A stretch of 63,976 bases of DNA, the filler included, from Octopus bimaculoides (taxonomy: Eukaryota): NCBI RefSeq assembly GCF_001194135.2. It is 6 parts of 6 records of this genome, joined end to end, with 100 filler letters (N's around TTAATTAATTAA, not from the genome) between each part and the next. Parts side by side here need not be neighbours in the genome. Positions count along the whole stretch, not along the records: positions 1 to 21,592 come from NC_068993.1; positions 21,693 to 53,238 come from NC_068982.1; 4 more parts are not named here. The stretch is one strand, 5' to 3'. The notes under the pieces are model-generated. The model made no database searches, was not told the origin of the DNA, and was given only the letters and a program-made list of their open reading frames with translations. Made by a program: the position numbers and the translations under genes. Positions within the stretch are counted from its first letter, which is position 1. The number at the start of each line of letters is the position of its first letter. This document shows positions 14,524 through 28,289 of the stretch, piece after piece.

Positions 14524-14645
14524 TTGAGAGAGCAGCGCATGCCATCAAAGTGGCACTGGGGTACACAAATATACGACGCCCAATGTACCCATCATGACTA
14601 CCCATCTGATAAGGGTACACCAGGCACATGCATCACAACGATATC
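14524..14645 (-). mobile_element. Terminal fragment of the ~560-bp AAT-flanked interspersed element
   Basis: Reverse complement of the 3' end of the copy at 44717-45267, flanked by (TTA)n. Confidence 0.8.
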
Positions 14646-14801
14646 TATATGGCTGTGTGGTATGACGCTAGCTTTCCAACCACATGGTTCCAGGTTCAGT
14701 CCCACTGCGCGTGACACCTTGAGCAAGTGTCTTCTACTTTAACCTCGGGCCGACCAAAGCCTTGTGAGTAAATTTGGCAGATGGAAATAGAAAGAAACCT
14801 G

Positions 14802-14853
<52 letters not shown>

Positions 14854-15135
14854 GTGCGCGTGTGTCTGTGTCTATGTGTTTGTCTCGCCACCATCGCTTA
14901 TATGTGTATGTATGTATGTATATATCTATGTGCGTAGTTCTTAATATTATGTTTGTCTCCCACCACCGCTTGACAACCTGTGTTGCTGTGTTTACGTCCC
15001 TGTAAATTAGCGGTTCGGCAAAGAGAAACCGATAGAATTAATATCAGACTTAAAGAAAAAAAAGTCGTGGCGTCGATTTGTTCGACTAAAACCCTTCAAG
15101 GTGGTGCCCCAGCATGGCCGCAGTAAAAAAAAAAC
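14646..15135 (+). mobile_element. SINE family A
   Basis: ggctgtgtggt head, cttgagcaagtgtcttctact core, (GT)n and 3' module. Confidence 0.85.
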
Positions 15136-15651
15136 AAGTGTAATAGAGCACAAGAATACATGCATACGCACTCACATTTGTATAAATGTACACATATTTA
15201 AAAGTACAAAACACATATTTAAAAGTACAAAACACATATTTAAAAGTATAGTGTATATATATGACAGAATCACACAAACACACGCATGCGAATATACGCA
15301 TGTGTTTGTGTGTGTGTGTGACTATATAGGCGTGAGGTATATGCACCTCCTATTATGTATCTGACGAATTACAGACGTACAGATATAGCGATGCAGAGCG
15401 AGTTCAGTTTAAATTCAAATGTTACTTTATTAATCAAGCATTACTAATAATCGAATAAAAGACTTGTGAAAAAGACGCCAACGTTTCTCTGCTCTGCTCT
15501 GAGACTTCATTTGGTGCCGACAATATCTTTGAGAAAATGCTAACGTGTAACTAATACGACAGACGTATGGCTCCTTCGAATTTCTTGGATCAATATTATC
15601 GAATCTAAATAATCATCATTAATCACCTTTAAATATGTGTATGTGTGGCTA

Positions 15652-15685
<34 letters not shown>

Positions 15686-15978
15686 NNNNNNNNNNNNNNN
15701 NNNNNNNNNNNNNNNNNNNNNNNNNNNNNNNNNNNNNNNNNNNNNNNNNNNNNNNNNNNNNNNNNNNNNNNNNNNNNNNNNNNNNNNNNNNNNNNNNNNN
15801 NNNNNNNNNNNNNNNNNNNNNNNNNNNNNNNNNNNNNNNNNNNNNNNNNNNNNNNNNNNNNNNNNNNNNNNNATATGTATATATATATATATACATACAT
15901 ATATATATATACATACATATATATATATACATACATATGTATATATATATATATAGTGTATATATATATATTCATATA

Positions 15979-16010
<32 letters not shown>

Positions 16011-16165
16011 CATATTTGTGTGTATATATACATATATGTATGTATGCATGTACATATGCGTGTATACACATACAGGTATGTATATACGTAATAATATGTG
16101 TGAATGTATACACATACAGACACGCGCGCGCGAACAGTCACACACGGTCACACACATATACATAA

Positions 16166-16233
<68 letters not shown>

Positions 16234-17479
16234 GTCTTTATATGTACATATACAAACATGCACACACACATACATACATAGTAAAACATACATACATATA
16301 TATGTGTGTGTGTGAATTGTTTAGGAATATGTCACTCGAACGCAAAATAGTCTTACGATATTGATGACAGGATATTTGGACGACTCACTCTATAACACAT
16401 TATTCTACAACGTCTTAGAGGTTTCAGCGCAAGCAGGTGGGCAGCGAAGAAATGCACCGACTCGAATTAAGATCGCTGCAATATGATGTCGGGGCTGGAA
16501 TATAATAATAGTGAAATCATTATTTGTTAAATTAGCTCTCAGGTTAACTGCAACATCTTGTGTAAATCCCTAGATATCTTTTATACATTTGTATATATAG
16601 TTGTACCCATCACTCCTCTCTCTCTCTCTCTCTCCTTGTATATATATNNNNNNNNNNNNNNNNNNNNNNNNNNNNNNNNNNNNNNNNNNNNNNNNNNNNN
16701 NNNNNNNNNNNNNNNNNNNNNNNNNNNNNNNNNNNNNNNNNNNNNNNNNNNNNNNNNNNNNNNNNNNNNNNNNNNNNNNNNNNNNNNNNNNNNNNNNNNN
16801 NNNNNNNNNNNNNNNNNNNNNNNNNNNNNNNNNNNNNNNNNNNNNNNNNNNNNNNNNNNNNNNNNNNNNNNNNNNNNNNNNNNNNNNNNNNNNNNNNNNN
16901 NNNNNNNNNNNNNNNNNNNNNNNNNNNNNNNNNNNNNNNNNNNNNNNNNNNNNNNNNNNNNNNNNNNNNNNNNNNNNNNNNNNNNNNNNNNNNNNNNNNN
17001 NNNNNNNNNNNNNNNNNNNNNNNNNNNNNNNNNNNNNNNNNNNNNNNNNNNNNNNNNNNNNNNNNNNNNNNNNNNNNNNNNNNNNNNNNNNNNNNNNNNN
17101 NNNNNNNNNNNNNNNNNNNNNNNNNNNNNNNNNNAAAGTTATAACCCTCTTTTTCTCTCAGAGAAATACAATAATATTGTGTAAGATTTCAAGGTATTTA
17201 ATGCTACAAAAATACAAGAAGTGTTGTAGAATTGCATAAAGACATATAAACACAGTTCGCTAATTTTCTGTGCGGTTACTAACAGGTTAGTTTCTGGGTG
17301 GGTAAGTGGGTGGGTGGACGGACGGACGGACGGACGGACGGACAGACGGATGGATGGATGGATGGATGGGTGGATGGGTGATTTCTTGGAGTGGTGAAGC
17401 TTTATTTAAATTAAACGGCTCGATTCCACAGGGGCACCAACTGGGTACCTGAGAATGCACATATTACGGAGGAAGTCGC

Positions 17480-17897
17480 GTTAATTTACCACGAGTAACA
17501 GAATGGTGCAGCTTATCATCAAAAGGATTAACTGGACTAATTTTTTTCTAACGGCATTGTGACGGTCTGTCATGCCAAACCATTCATTGAAGATGTGGAG
17601 TTTTGTTTCCAGAAAAATGGAGCACTTCACACTGCCATATTAATGTAAGTACCTACATTGAAGAGATTGGACGAAGAATAACCTTCCGCGATTTCTTTTA
17701 ATGAGAATACTTAAAAAATAAAGTTCACGCTGCAAAACTGTCGACGAATTGAGGGCAGCCATTAAACGAGGATGCACACAAATACGAAACGAAGTGTTCC
17801 GTGAAGTTTGTGATACCATTGCCTCGCGTTTTCAGCTGTGCCTCGACTAGAACAGTCATCGGTTTTAAAACAGGCGTTCAGAGAAAACTAAACCCTG
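17480..17897 (+). mobile_element. Tc1/mariner transposase C-terminal remnant with probable right TIR
   Basis: Frameshifted FQKNGALHTA...DFF**EYLKNKVHA/TVDELRAAIKRGCTQIRNEVFREVCDTIASRFQLCLD matches the FQQDGA..H and DFFLWGYLK.KVY motifs; ends ...aaaccctg. Confidence 0.75.
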
Positions 17898-18045
17898 TCA
17901 GTGGATTCTTTTAAATTTTATAACTTAGACTTTTTAATAAGCACTGAAAGAAATTATAATTACTCGATGTGTGTATATATTATTTTGGAACATCACATAT
18001 ATTTATAAATATATAGGTACATATAAATATTGATGCGTGTGTATA

Positions 18046-18099
<54 letters not shown>

Positions 18100-18529
18100 A
18101 TATATGAGGACAGAAGAAATGTGATAGCGAGAGGGGGAAACTAACTGAGCGAGGTTGAGGAGCAAACTTGACAGAATCCATACAATTGTTATAATTATTT
18201 AAACGCAGGTGGCCGAATGTCTCTCAATAGTTCCAAGTGGCTAATGATACTAATTATCTCAATGATTTTTAACTTCACCTTTCATCTTCTTCAACTTTAG
18301 CCTTTCAAATATACGGTAGCACATCATTGTAAGAAACAACGTTACTGTAAGCATCACACAACGAGGAAACTAATTAATATTGAATTTAATAGTAAAAGTA
18401 TACGGCATTCATATCTTGTGTTGCTCGTTGTTGTTGCTGATGTTTAGCCAAAGGTCAGTCCTTATTGATCAACCCTACCCTCAAAAGACTTCCTACCATG
18501 ACCATCCAATATGTTTCATACAACTAGAA

Positions 18530-18954
18530 CAGAGGTTTTCAACGTGTGCGGTACCGCTCCAAGAGGGCGCTGGGCATGTCGAAGGAAGCGTTAGGCTTTT
18601 GGGGGCGGTGAGGTAATATAATTAACATACTAAATTTTACCTGTTGTAGTAATTATATTATATTATATATAATTAACCTAGCAGAGGTTATCAAAATAAA
18701 ATGAGGTCTCATCAGGCACAAGGAAGTCATTAACTTGCAATGTACAAAGTAAATTTACTTTTGTTTTTTTTTTTTTTTTATCTTTTATCATTTCACTGCA
18801 AAAAGCTCATACAATCCATTTTTAGAGTAAAATTTCTAAATTATCATCCATGTTAAGTTAGTTTAGCCGTGATACCTCACTTGCCACTTGGGCGGGTGCT
18901 AAGCTTAACAACTACTTAAAAAGAGGCGCTACATAAAATGGTAAAGAACCACTG
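18530..18954. mobile_element. hAT-type non-autonomous element (MITE), 425 bp
   Basis: Imperfect TIRs cagaggttttcaac / gtaaagaaccactg; 8-bp TSD-like flanks aactagaa / atttagaa (6 of 8 match). Confidence 0.65.
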
Positions 18955-20631
18955 ATTTAGAACAATAATGTCCCATGTATTTTTCCCTTTGTTTTTTTTT
19001 TCTATAACCTTAAGCTGTGTTTTGAAGGAGATTTGGTCACTGTTTCTTTATGGCGGGCCTAACTACTGCATATAGGTATAATTGATGGCTCGTTCAAAGT
19101 AGTTAGTTATTAATTATAAATAGCTGTGTGGATCACCTTCATCTTTATGTTGGTAGTATCCGATGAAGAACCTGTATGCTGGATAATAGTCATTACGAAA
19201 TGATTAACACCATTATCTGAATTCTGTGTCAGTCTAAGACAAGCCATGTGGTAACTATAGGAATCAATATGTCACAAAGAGGAACTTAGGGATCAAAGGT
19301 ACACTTGCGTTTCAGAATATTTCCTCAGTTGCATCTGCCATATGCTATGAAGTCGTATGCAGACGCAGATATAACCTCTTGGAACTTCCAGCCCCTGAAT
19401 AAGTGGAACATTCGGAATGTGACAGCTATTGAAAGAGATACCTGCATCAGCTGAGTTCTCACGCAGATATCTCACTCGGTTGATACTCATTTACAGCCAA
19501 GTAGAGTGGAGCAAATGAAAAGAAAAGAAAATACATTACATTCAGTGCATTCAAGAATTGAACTAACAAGCCTATGGTAGAGAACATAAAGCCTTACCCA
19601 CTGGACCACGGTACTTCCAAAGAACAGAGCAGGTTAAATAATATTGGCCTTAATACACAATATGATGGGATTGTCATGGTTAGAATGAGTTCGAACATAG
19701 TGCCGCTCGGTTAGAGTTGATTTAGTATTATATAGCAGCAACGACTACAAATTAAGTTTATGCATACTGCTTTTTCCAGTTTTCAAGCAAAACATTTGTT
19801 TTTCCTAAGCCGTGCTAAGATATAAATCTCTGAGATTCACTGAATGCTCACAACTATCAAAGAGACAGTCTGAATGCTATGCATTCGGTGTTAGGTTTAC
19901 GCTTTTTTATTTTCTTCCAACTCCGAAGACAACACAGCATAGACATTGATTAGAATCAGAAATTTCAAGTTTTAAATGAAATTTCTTTCTTCAGGCCTCA
20001 ATCCGATAGTTTCTTGTTCGTTCAGAAGCGATAAGAAGTAAATATTGATCCACACACAGCAGTTTTCGTGCGTACATGTGTTCAGAAGCATGAATATGTA
20101 TGTATGTTTGCATGTATGTATGTATCTATGTATCCATGTATGTATGTATGTATGTAATGTATGAATGTATGTATGTGTGTATATATGTTCTCTTCTATTT
20201 TTAATCATTTAAATTCTTCCTCAGAGGAAGGAGTAAGTTTCTTAACTAAGATACAAAACTCTATCGTTGGAAAGTAGATAATGAAAATAATGTTACATCT
20301 TAAACTTGAGAGAACAGTCTTGCAATATTTTTTTACTGTTCCACCTACACACATATATTTATATATAAGTATATATACATATATTTATATATATGCATGT
20401 TTGTATGTGTGTACATGTGTGCGTGTGTGTATGTATGTATGGATGGATGGATGGATGGATGGATGGATGGATGGATGGATACATACATATATATATACAC
20501 CCATATACACGTGTACGTATAATTTCGGAATTTGTTTCCAAAACTTCCAAGGATAACTATATACAATTATACACGCACTCTCAGTCTCTTTCACTATGTA
20601 TGCGTGTGTGTATATATATATATATATATAT

Positions 20632-21024
20632 AGGCACAGGAGTAGCTCTGTGGTAAGAAGCTTCCTTCCCAACCACTTGGTTCCGGGCTCAGTTCCACTG
20701 TGTGGCACCTTGGCCAAGTGTCTTCTACTATAGCCAAAGCCTTGTGAGTAGATCTGGTAGACGAAAACTGAACGAAGCACGTCGTAATTATCTATATACG
20801 TATGTGTGTATGTGTGTGTGTGGTTGTGTGTCTGTGATTGGGCCCCACTATCACTTGACCACCGGTGTTGGTGTGTTTACGGCCCTGTAACTTAGCGGAT
20901 CGGTGAAAGAGACCAATAGAATAAGCACAAGGCTTAGAAAGAACCAGACCTGGTGTGGATTTGTTCGACTAAAGGCAGTGCTCCAGCATGGTCGTAGTCA
21001 AATGCTTGAAACAAGTAAAAGAGT
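20632..21024 (+). mobile_element. SINE family A, full length
   Basis: aggcacaggagtagctctgtggtaagaag head through aaacaagtaaaagag tail. Confidence 0.9.
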
Positions 21025-21064
21025 ATAGATAGATAGATAGATAGATAGATATAATGATGCATAC

Positions 21065-21120
<56 letters not shown>

Positions 21121-21407
21121 ATATATATGCGTGTATGTATATATGGGTATGGGTGTGTATGTACAACACATATATATGTTTATGTGAATCAATGAATATG
21201 TGTGCGTGCGTGAGTGTGTGCGTGTATGTGTGTGTGTATGTGTGTATGTGTACTGTATGTTTTACATTCATATAGAAGTTCACTCTGGTATCGATTGTGC
21301 TCTCTATGTTTGCATGGCCATAAACAGCAAATGTAAAATTAATATATTTGTGCCGTTTCTGCAAATTGCTACTACGAGGCGCATCTCCCCCACCTCACGC
21401 TCTCGGG

Positions 21408-21506
<99 letters not shown>

Positions 21507-21592
21507 GTGTGTAAACGTTGGATGTGTAAATGCGGAGATATGAATTTTCATGATTCATCTAAAGAAATCAGCTTGGAAGTTTATTCGTTTCT

Positions 21593-21692
21593 NNNNNNNN
21601 NNNNNNNNNNNNNNNNNNNNNNNNNNNNNNNNNNNNTTAATTAATTAANNNNNNNNNNNNNNNNNNNNNNNNNNNNNNNNNNNNNNNNNNNN
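21593..21692. other. Artificial scaffold join (44 N + TTAATTAATTAA + 44 N); also at 53239-53338, 55333-55432, 59177-59276 and 60869-60968
   Basis: Identical 100-bp construct with a six-frame stop linker. Confidence 0.95.
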
Positions 21693-21960
21693 AGTTACAT
21701 ACACTGAAGTTACATGCACTGAAGTTACATGCACTGAAGTTACATACACTGAAGTTACATACACTGAAGTTACATACACTGAAGTTACATACACTGAAGT
21801 TACATACACTGAAGTTACATACACTGAAGTTACAGGCACTGAAGTTACATGCACTGAAGTTACATACACTGAAGTTACATACACTGAAGTTACATGCACT
21901 GAAGTTACATGCACTGAAGTTACATACACTGAAGTTACATACACTGAAGTTACATACACT
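21693..21960. repeat. 15-bp minisatellite (gaagttacat[a/g]cact) x ~18
   Basis: Near-perfect tandem array abutting a linker gap. Confidence 0.95.
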
Positions 21961-23065
21961 GGTATCGTAGAATGACAACACACAGTATTGCTGGGTAATT
22001 TGAACTATAATATGTGGTGCACATTTTTTTTTATTAAGCATACAATGCAATTCTCGTTGAGAAAAAAATTGTTACACTATAGGTTTTTATATATCATTGG
22101 GAAAAAAACCCAGATCGGTCAAATTAGTTTCTACTACATTCCCTCACATCGAAGACCCTTTCTCTCTCATCGAAATTCGAGAAATTCAAATAAATCTGTA
22201 TGTACATTCAAATCTTGAATACTGCACTAATTTCAAATTTCAATTTCTTCACAACAGGTAGCATAAATTACATAGAGACTATCGCTTTGTAAGTGCAGTG
22301 TAAATGCTATTGTCAATGACATTGCATTCATTACGCGTGGTTATTATTAGTATTTTTTTTTTTTATAAATTCTCATTCACCCCAGCTTCGAATCACAGAA
22401 AATAATGAGTGGAACAAGTACTGATGGTGATAATAGAAATCGTCTTACTATCTCATGCTGGAAACGACTGTGAATATTGTAAAGACCAAGAATGCGACAA
22501 GAAAATGATAAACAGAGTAGATGCTTTTTATCAATGTTTCTATTGTCGCGGCACATGTAAGACACAAAGAGTACTTTATGCAATATACAAAGTAATTCTT
22601 CGTTAAGCTGTGTGTGACACTGAGCCGAAGTTGGCTCATGACTAATTTAGACTGACACATAAGCTCCACGAATATATCATGTTCGTATGTAGAGATGTTG
22701 TATCGTGATTATTCACCAAAGCGACTATTTATACGTCTTCCATTTCGTTACTATACAGGCCAATCAAACATACATCAGTCTGATTACATTTAAGATTAGT
22801 GAATAAATCAAGCAGATTATCATAAAATTAATTACAATATTACACTCGAAATTAATTCAGAGAAATGATTTAGATAGAAGATTCAGATTAAGCATCTTAT
22901 AGTAATTACTATCGTCGCTTTGCGCTTAAACTTCAAATCGAGCTGGAACTATTGTGATTACCCTGACAAACAAGTCTACAATATATTTATCAATGATCCA
23001 AGTTTTGATTTCCGTCGTTTATAAATTGTCTCTTGAAAAAAATAAATTCGATGATTATCACATTT

Positions 23066-23121
23066 CTATTGTCTAAAATATTTGATGTCTTTCACATTTC
23101 CATTTGCCAAAATATATTCTT
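23066..23121 (-). CDS. Candidate terminal coding exon after exon B (E-EYILANGNVKDIKYFRQ*)
   Basis: Acceptor cactatttcag|AA is phase-1 compatible and lies 364 bp downstream of the exon B donor. Confidence 0.3.
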
Positions 23122-23485
23122 CTGAAATAGTGTTTTTCCAAACTTCTGACAAAAATAATATAACAGTGTTGTTGTTAATGAAAACTAAAGATACACTGAG
23201 GTTTAAAGAATGATTAGTAGTGATCATGACACGCGCTTTTTATTTTCATCCATTCAACGATCCCCTTAACCGATTTATAAATAGAGAAGACAATACATAC
23301 AATATTACAACATTCAATTTGTGCATTTTAACGGCAATACAAGCATGATGCTACTGTAACAAAATTACTCAAGGAAAGCAGTTTTGAAATTCATGGATAT
23401 AGTTAAGCTATTTATTTATAGTTGTTTTTCTAATCTGAATATTGGATGCAATCGAGCACTTTCAACAGCAAATATAAATACCTAC

Positions 23486-23611
23486 CATATTCTTCTATAT
23501 CCCAGGAAGGAAAGGCTACACTCTTATTAATCTTGCAACGCAAAACAAGACAAGTTTTCTTCGTCAACCTTTTCGAGCCAACAGGATAACACCCATGCTT
23601 ATACTTACAAC
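23486..23611 (-). CDS. Internal coding exon B (126 nt, phase 1-1) encoding a 4-Cys module GCKYKHGCYPVGSKRLTKKTCLVLRCKINKSVAFPSWDIEEY
   Basis: Minus strand reads ttttcttttgtttgtag|GT TGT ... TAT G|gtaggt. C1/C7/Y8/G11/C20/C25, the aromatic at 33 and W35/36 align with exon A. Confidence 0.8.
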
Positions 23612-25768
23612 CTACAAACAAAAGAAAATCATTGCAATAATTGTAAGAGAAACTATTCACAATTATGTCAAGATATTGTTCCCATATTAAATATATGAAG
23701 CATACGATATTTACTCAGATATACACAAAGTAAATAACATTTAAAATTTCAATGGTGTTTACTTCTTAATGCGTTTTACACTCCTGTAAACATAACAATT
23801 CGTTCCACATCTTTGAGGGATGTATTCGTACGTACGCACGTACGCACGGACGTTCAATGGTTGATTAGCTGCATATTTGATATCTTTACAGATCTTTTTT
23901 TAATTGAAATCCTCAACATTAATAAGGCAAAATTAGTAATCAGCAGAATGTATCTCGCCAAGCCATTGGAGCTCCAAGTGGCATTTGTTTCAGCTTGCCA
24001 CCAGACTACAAGTAAAGATGAGACTCATTACTGCAAACTTTGTATACAGTACGAGGTGCAAAACATGTAACTTGGTCTCAAATTTTTATTTTGAAGTAAT
24101 CCTTGTCTCTTGCTTGTATGAGCACGCGATGTTTCTCCTACAGCCCTCGAATGGATATTCCCAACAGATGTAGCAGAAGTGATTTTGGCCATTGCGACAT
24201 ACACGCTATGAAAATCGAAGCAAATTGAAGTGAAGAAATCAAAGCAGTCCACAGTGGACAGAGCAATTACCAATTTGATTGTCACAATAACATCCGAGAC
24301 TCGCATTACGTCAAAGTATTCTAAGAATAGTTATGATCTAAAATGTGCTATAGCTACAATTAAAGCGGTCTTATTAAATAATCACAGGTATTCTAAAAGG
24401 ACAAATAGGATCACATTACATGCTGCATTCTACATTACATTTCTGTAAATTTGGCATATAATGGGTATCTTGTATATGAAAATCTTGATGTGATGGAGCA
24501 AAACTGAATGGCATTTTCAGAAAGAGCACCTTAAAATTAACTAAAATCATCGTCAATATCTCTTGCTATAGAAACCTTTTTTTTAAAAAAACATGTGAAT
24601 TATATTTGGTTTCAAAATGTTGAAAATCATTGCAAAAATATGAAAATTTGATATAAACTACCTCTATGGTTATAAGCTAATGCAATTTACCGTATTGAAT
24701 TTCATACTTTTACCCAAGAAAATGTCTAAAAAATTAATGAGTCCTTCATTCGAATTTGTGCTTATATTACATGCTTTAATTCACTAAAAGCATTTTTCCT
24801 GAATATGCACTGCTGAAACTGGAGTGCGACCAATATGCCTGAGCGTCTTTTATGTCATCAAATCCATAAGAAAAGGAAATTTCTTGATAATGGTCTAAGT
24901 ATTTATATTTCAAGATATGCCGAAGTTTTGCGATCGTATTTTGCAAGGCACATCAAACCTTAGTTTACAAAGAGAAAAATTAATCTGCATCATATTATTA
25001 CATTCGCACATTATTCGAGTAGATATTTTTTCAACTTTCGGTACTTTGTTGGTACCTGTTAAACTTTCGTTATGTTGACGCATGATATTTTAACAGCAGA
25101 CTGATGACTAATTATTAATATAAAAGTTCCTCATCATTATTCACCTTGATAGCATGAATCATTACCAAGCGTTCAGTCGAGAATCTAGGCATCGTATGTA
25201 TTCATCGCAGTAAGATAATTTCCTTTACACATTAGTACAAATTAGCAAGACAAAAAATTTATCGATTTTATAGCACAATTCTTTCTCCATTGAATGGATA
25301 TTTCATTTTACTTCAACAAATAAATAACTACAGACATTTATTCAGAAAATCTTATTAAAAGAAAGTAATTTGAGCATTGAACAAAATTGTGAATACGATA
25401 TCCTACGTAGTAGCAGTTAACCACAATTAAATTATTACCAGACTATTAATATCATTGAGGCATTATCACATATGATAGCTAGGGCATATTGACTAAGCGT
25501 ATTCTTATTTATGTATCTATATAGTTTTAATAACTGAAACTATTCATCATTCTTCACGAGGATTTGTTTCTGAGTATCTATGTGCCAAATTCATCATACA
25601 GTAAAGCAAGGTCAGAAATTTCTATTTGTAAGCTAAAAATGTCTGATTAAAGTCAACCAAAATAAAGGGAGTTTTATTACTGTATTAGAAACATTAGTTG
25701 AGATTCACAAACCTTTGAGCATCGAAAAAGGTGCTTTACGGTAATCAGTTATCATTAGTTTCGGCCAT

Positions 25769-25985
25769 AAGGCGACGAGCTGTCAGAATTGTTAGCATGC
25801 CGGGCAAAATCCTTCGCGGTATTTCGCCTGTCTTTACGTTCTGAGTTCGAATTCCGCCGGAGCTGACTTTGCCTTACATCTTTCAGGGTCGATAAATCAA
25901 GTACCAGTGAAACACTGGGATCGATGTAATCGGCTGGTCCCCTCCGACTAAAATTTCAGGCCATGTGCCTATAGTCGAAAGGATT
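25769..25985 (+). mobile_element. SINE family B with 15-bp target-site duplication
   Basis: TSD attagtttcggccat at 25754-25768 and 25986-26000. Confidence 0.9.
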
Positions 25986-26599
25986 ATTAGTTTCGGCCAT
26001 TACTTTCTTATTTTTAATCATACGGAATACAATTTAACATTTCTCTTCGTTAGAATCTATGAAATACATACCAGCGAGGTATTGAGATTGTCGTAGTGAA
26101 CAATTTACTAGTTTTTTGTGCTTCTGTCAGAATTAATCTTTATAAGGTCTGTTGTACCTGAAACATACTTCATCTAAATACAAGCAACACAGGGAAATTT
26201 TTACGTGTTACATTTCTTATAAATGTTAGGAAAGTCGAGTGAAAACATCGAATCCTATACGTAACAGAAATATAAAGAAAATACAGAAAGTTGTAATTTA
26301 GAGAAGCATCATTATAAATGTATACATTTCACTAATTCAATTACATATTACTATTGTTCTTTAGCTACTGGTAAACATTGATCGAACATAACTATGATGA
26401 AAGATATTTCAACAGTAATTAAGTCTAATAGTTGCCTGTCGAAGAATATATTGTCAAATACGTACTTCAGTTTTTTGTTCATTGGTAGTGGTAGAGAGTA
26501 TATAACTTTGATAACTTTGATAGGTTTCGGCCAGTATGGGCCCAGACCATGTCTAACTTAATAGCACCTCTTGCTGAAGTCTTTTAGTCATACATGAGG

Positions 26600-26941
26600 C
26601 ACCATGGCCCACTCTAGCAAAGAGTTATTATTGTTGGAGACATATCCGGGTGTAGGAGGTTGGTCCGGGATTTTTTGAAGATATTTCTCCAGTGAACGTT
26701 TGAATTTTATGGCATCCGTTTTGACGTATTTTGGTATGGTATTAAAGATAGCTGACCAGTTGAGGTGAAGTAATTGTGACGCAATATTGCTATGTGTACC
26801 GAATTCGATTTTTGTAGTGGGCGGATAGCATGGGGGCCAAGTCTTGGATGGATTTCAAAATTGATGCCAACATCATTTGTGCAATACTGATGGAATATTT
26901 TCCAAATCATACAAATGAGTAGCGCTTCCGGCGGTGTTGGA

Positions 26942-26942
<1 letters not shown>
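26600..26942 (-). mobile_element. CR1-group LINE 3' ORF fragment
   Basis: Minus frames RRKRY..IWKIFHQYCTND...HPRLGP...KFKRSLEKYLQKIPDQPPTPGY, homologous to the copy at 27240. Confidence 0.7.
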
Positions 26943-26983
<41 letters not shown>

Positions 26984-27239
26984 NNNNNNNNNNATATACA
27001 ACTTGTGTATGTATGTATGTATATATGTGTGTGTGTTTGTGTGCGTATGCATGTATATATATATACACACACACACACATATATATATAAATAATTAGAA
27101 AATTGAGAACAAATTTGATTAACCAGTACATCGATAGGACCGCATTTAAAGGTTAAATAAACTTTAAAGGTGGTCCTATCAATGTACTGGTTAATCTATG
27201 ATTTTTTTCCATTTTTTAGATTATTTGCATTGGTTCCTG

Positions 27240-28260
27240 ATTTTTTTTTGATGCGGTCATGCTGATGATGCACCGCCATTTTGCTACACTTTTATTACTG
27301 AGCTATTCCTCCGACATGTGGCACTTGGTGAAGAATGGAGTTTGATATAGCTACCCTCATCTGCACCTCTTGCCGTGAGGTAGGTTCATCTGGGACTCTC
27401 GACAGGAAGAGGTCCAGCTTTGAATTAAAAACGCCTACATCTACTTTTTGCAGGTTCCTAAGGCTTTTTGGAAGAATATTAAAAAGCTGTGCGCCCCTGA
27501 AACTCAGGATGTTGCAGTAAATGGTTCTGAAGCATGATGGCGTTGCTGGGATCTTTGGCACTATGCAGTGTCGTCCCGTTTGGGCATTGCTGTAGCTTTC
27601 AATGCCAAAATTTGGCACAATACTTTCCAGGATCTTCCAGATGTATATTATAGCATACCTCTCCCATCTTTGCTCCAGGGAGTAGAGTCTTAGCTGTTTC
27701 AGCCTTTTCTCAGTAGCTGAGCAGTTGCAAAGAGATGATCTTCCTTGTGAATCTTCTCTAGATTACTTCAAAGTCCGCTGTTAATTTCACACTGGTGGGT
27801 GACCATAGCTACGAGCAGTAATCCAGGCGTCTGAGAACGAATTCCTCTGGAGAACCATCATGGCTTCCTTCTCTCTGGTTCTGAATGTTCTCAAGATCCA
27901 TCCAGCCAGTCATCTGCACTTTGTCGCCATCCTGGTAATGTGCACAGGGAAAGAGGTATCATCACTCATGTCAATACCCAGGCCCCTCACTGATTTCGGC
28001 TCTGGGATTGAAATTCCTTGTGGACCAGTGTACTCTGTAAGTTTCATATTCAGTTTTGGACGCTATAGCGCAGGGCTTGGAATTTTTCAGCATTCAACTG
28101 CATATTATTATCCTCAGCCCATCTGTAAACTGAGTCCAACTCTTGCTGCAGATGTGCTGACCACCAAAGTTCTTGATAGAAACAGATCACAAGCCTATAC
28201 TACCACTGCTAAAAACTCCAAGAATCCAGATTTGATTTGACTCCAAGAATCTAGCGTTTC
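27240..28260 (-). mobile_element. CR1-group LINE, RT C-terminus to 3' end, decayed
   Basis: HLQQELDSVYRWAEDNNMQLNAEKFQALRY...LAGWILRTF...LRLYSLEQRWERYAIIYIWKILE...LFNILPKSLRN...LDLFLSRVPDEP; A-rich tail at ~27241-27249. Confidence 0.85.
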
Positions 28261-28289
28261 CGCATGCGCCTAATGAGATTCACCTATGA

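Noticed and set aside
21637-22050. CNFSV / VTSVY repeat proteins
   Set aside because: Stop-free frames of a 15-bp minisatellite; no splice signals, and the ORFs end in the artificial linker.
22409-22606. Plus-strand Cys-rich 65-aa ORF with a hydrophobic start
   Set aside because: Starts at GTG, has no clear splice context and does not match the module pattern; consistent with chance.
24028-24306. Signal-peptide-like ORF MRVSDVIVTIKLVIALSTVDC upstream of exon B
   Set aside because: I found no phase-1 GT donor that would join it to exon B.
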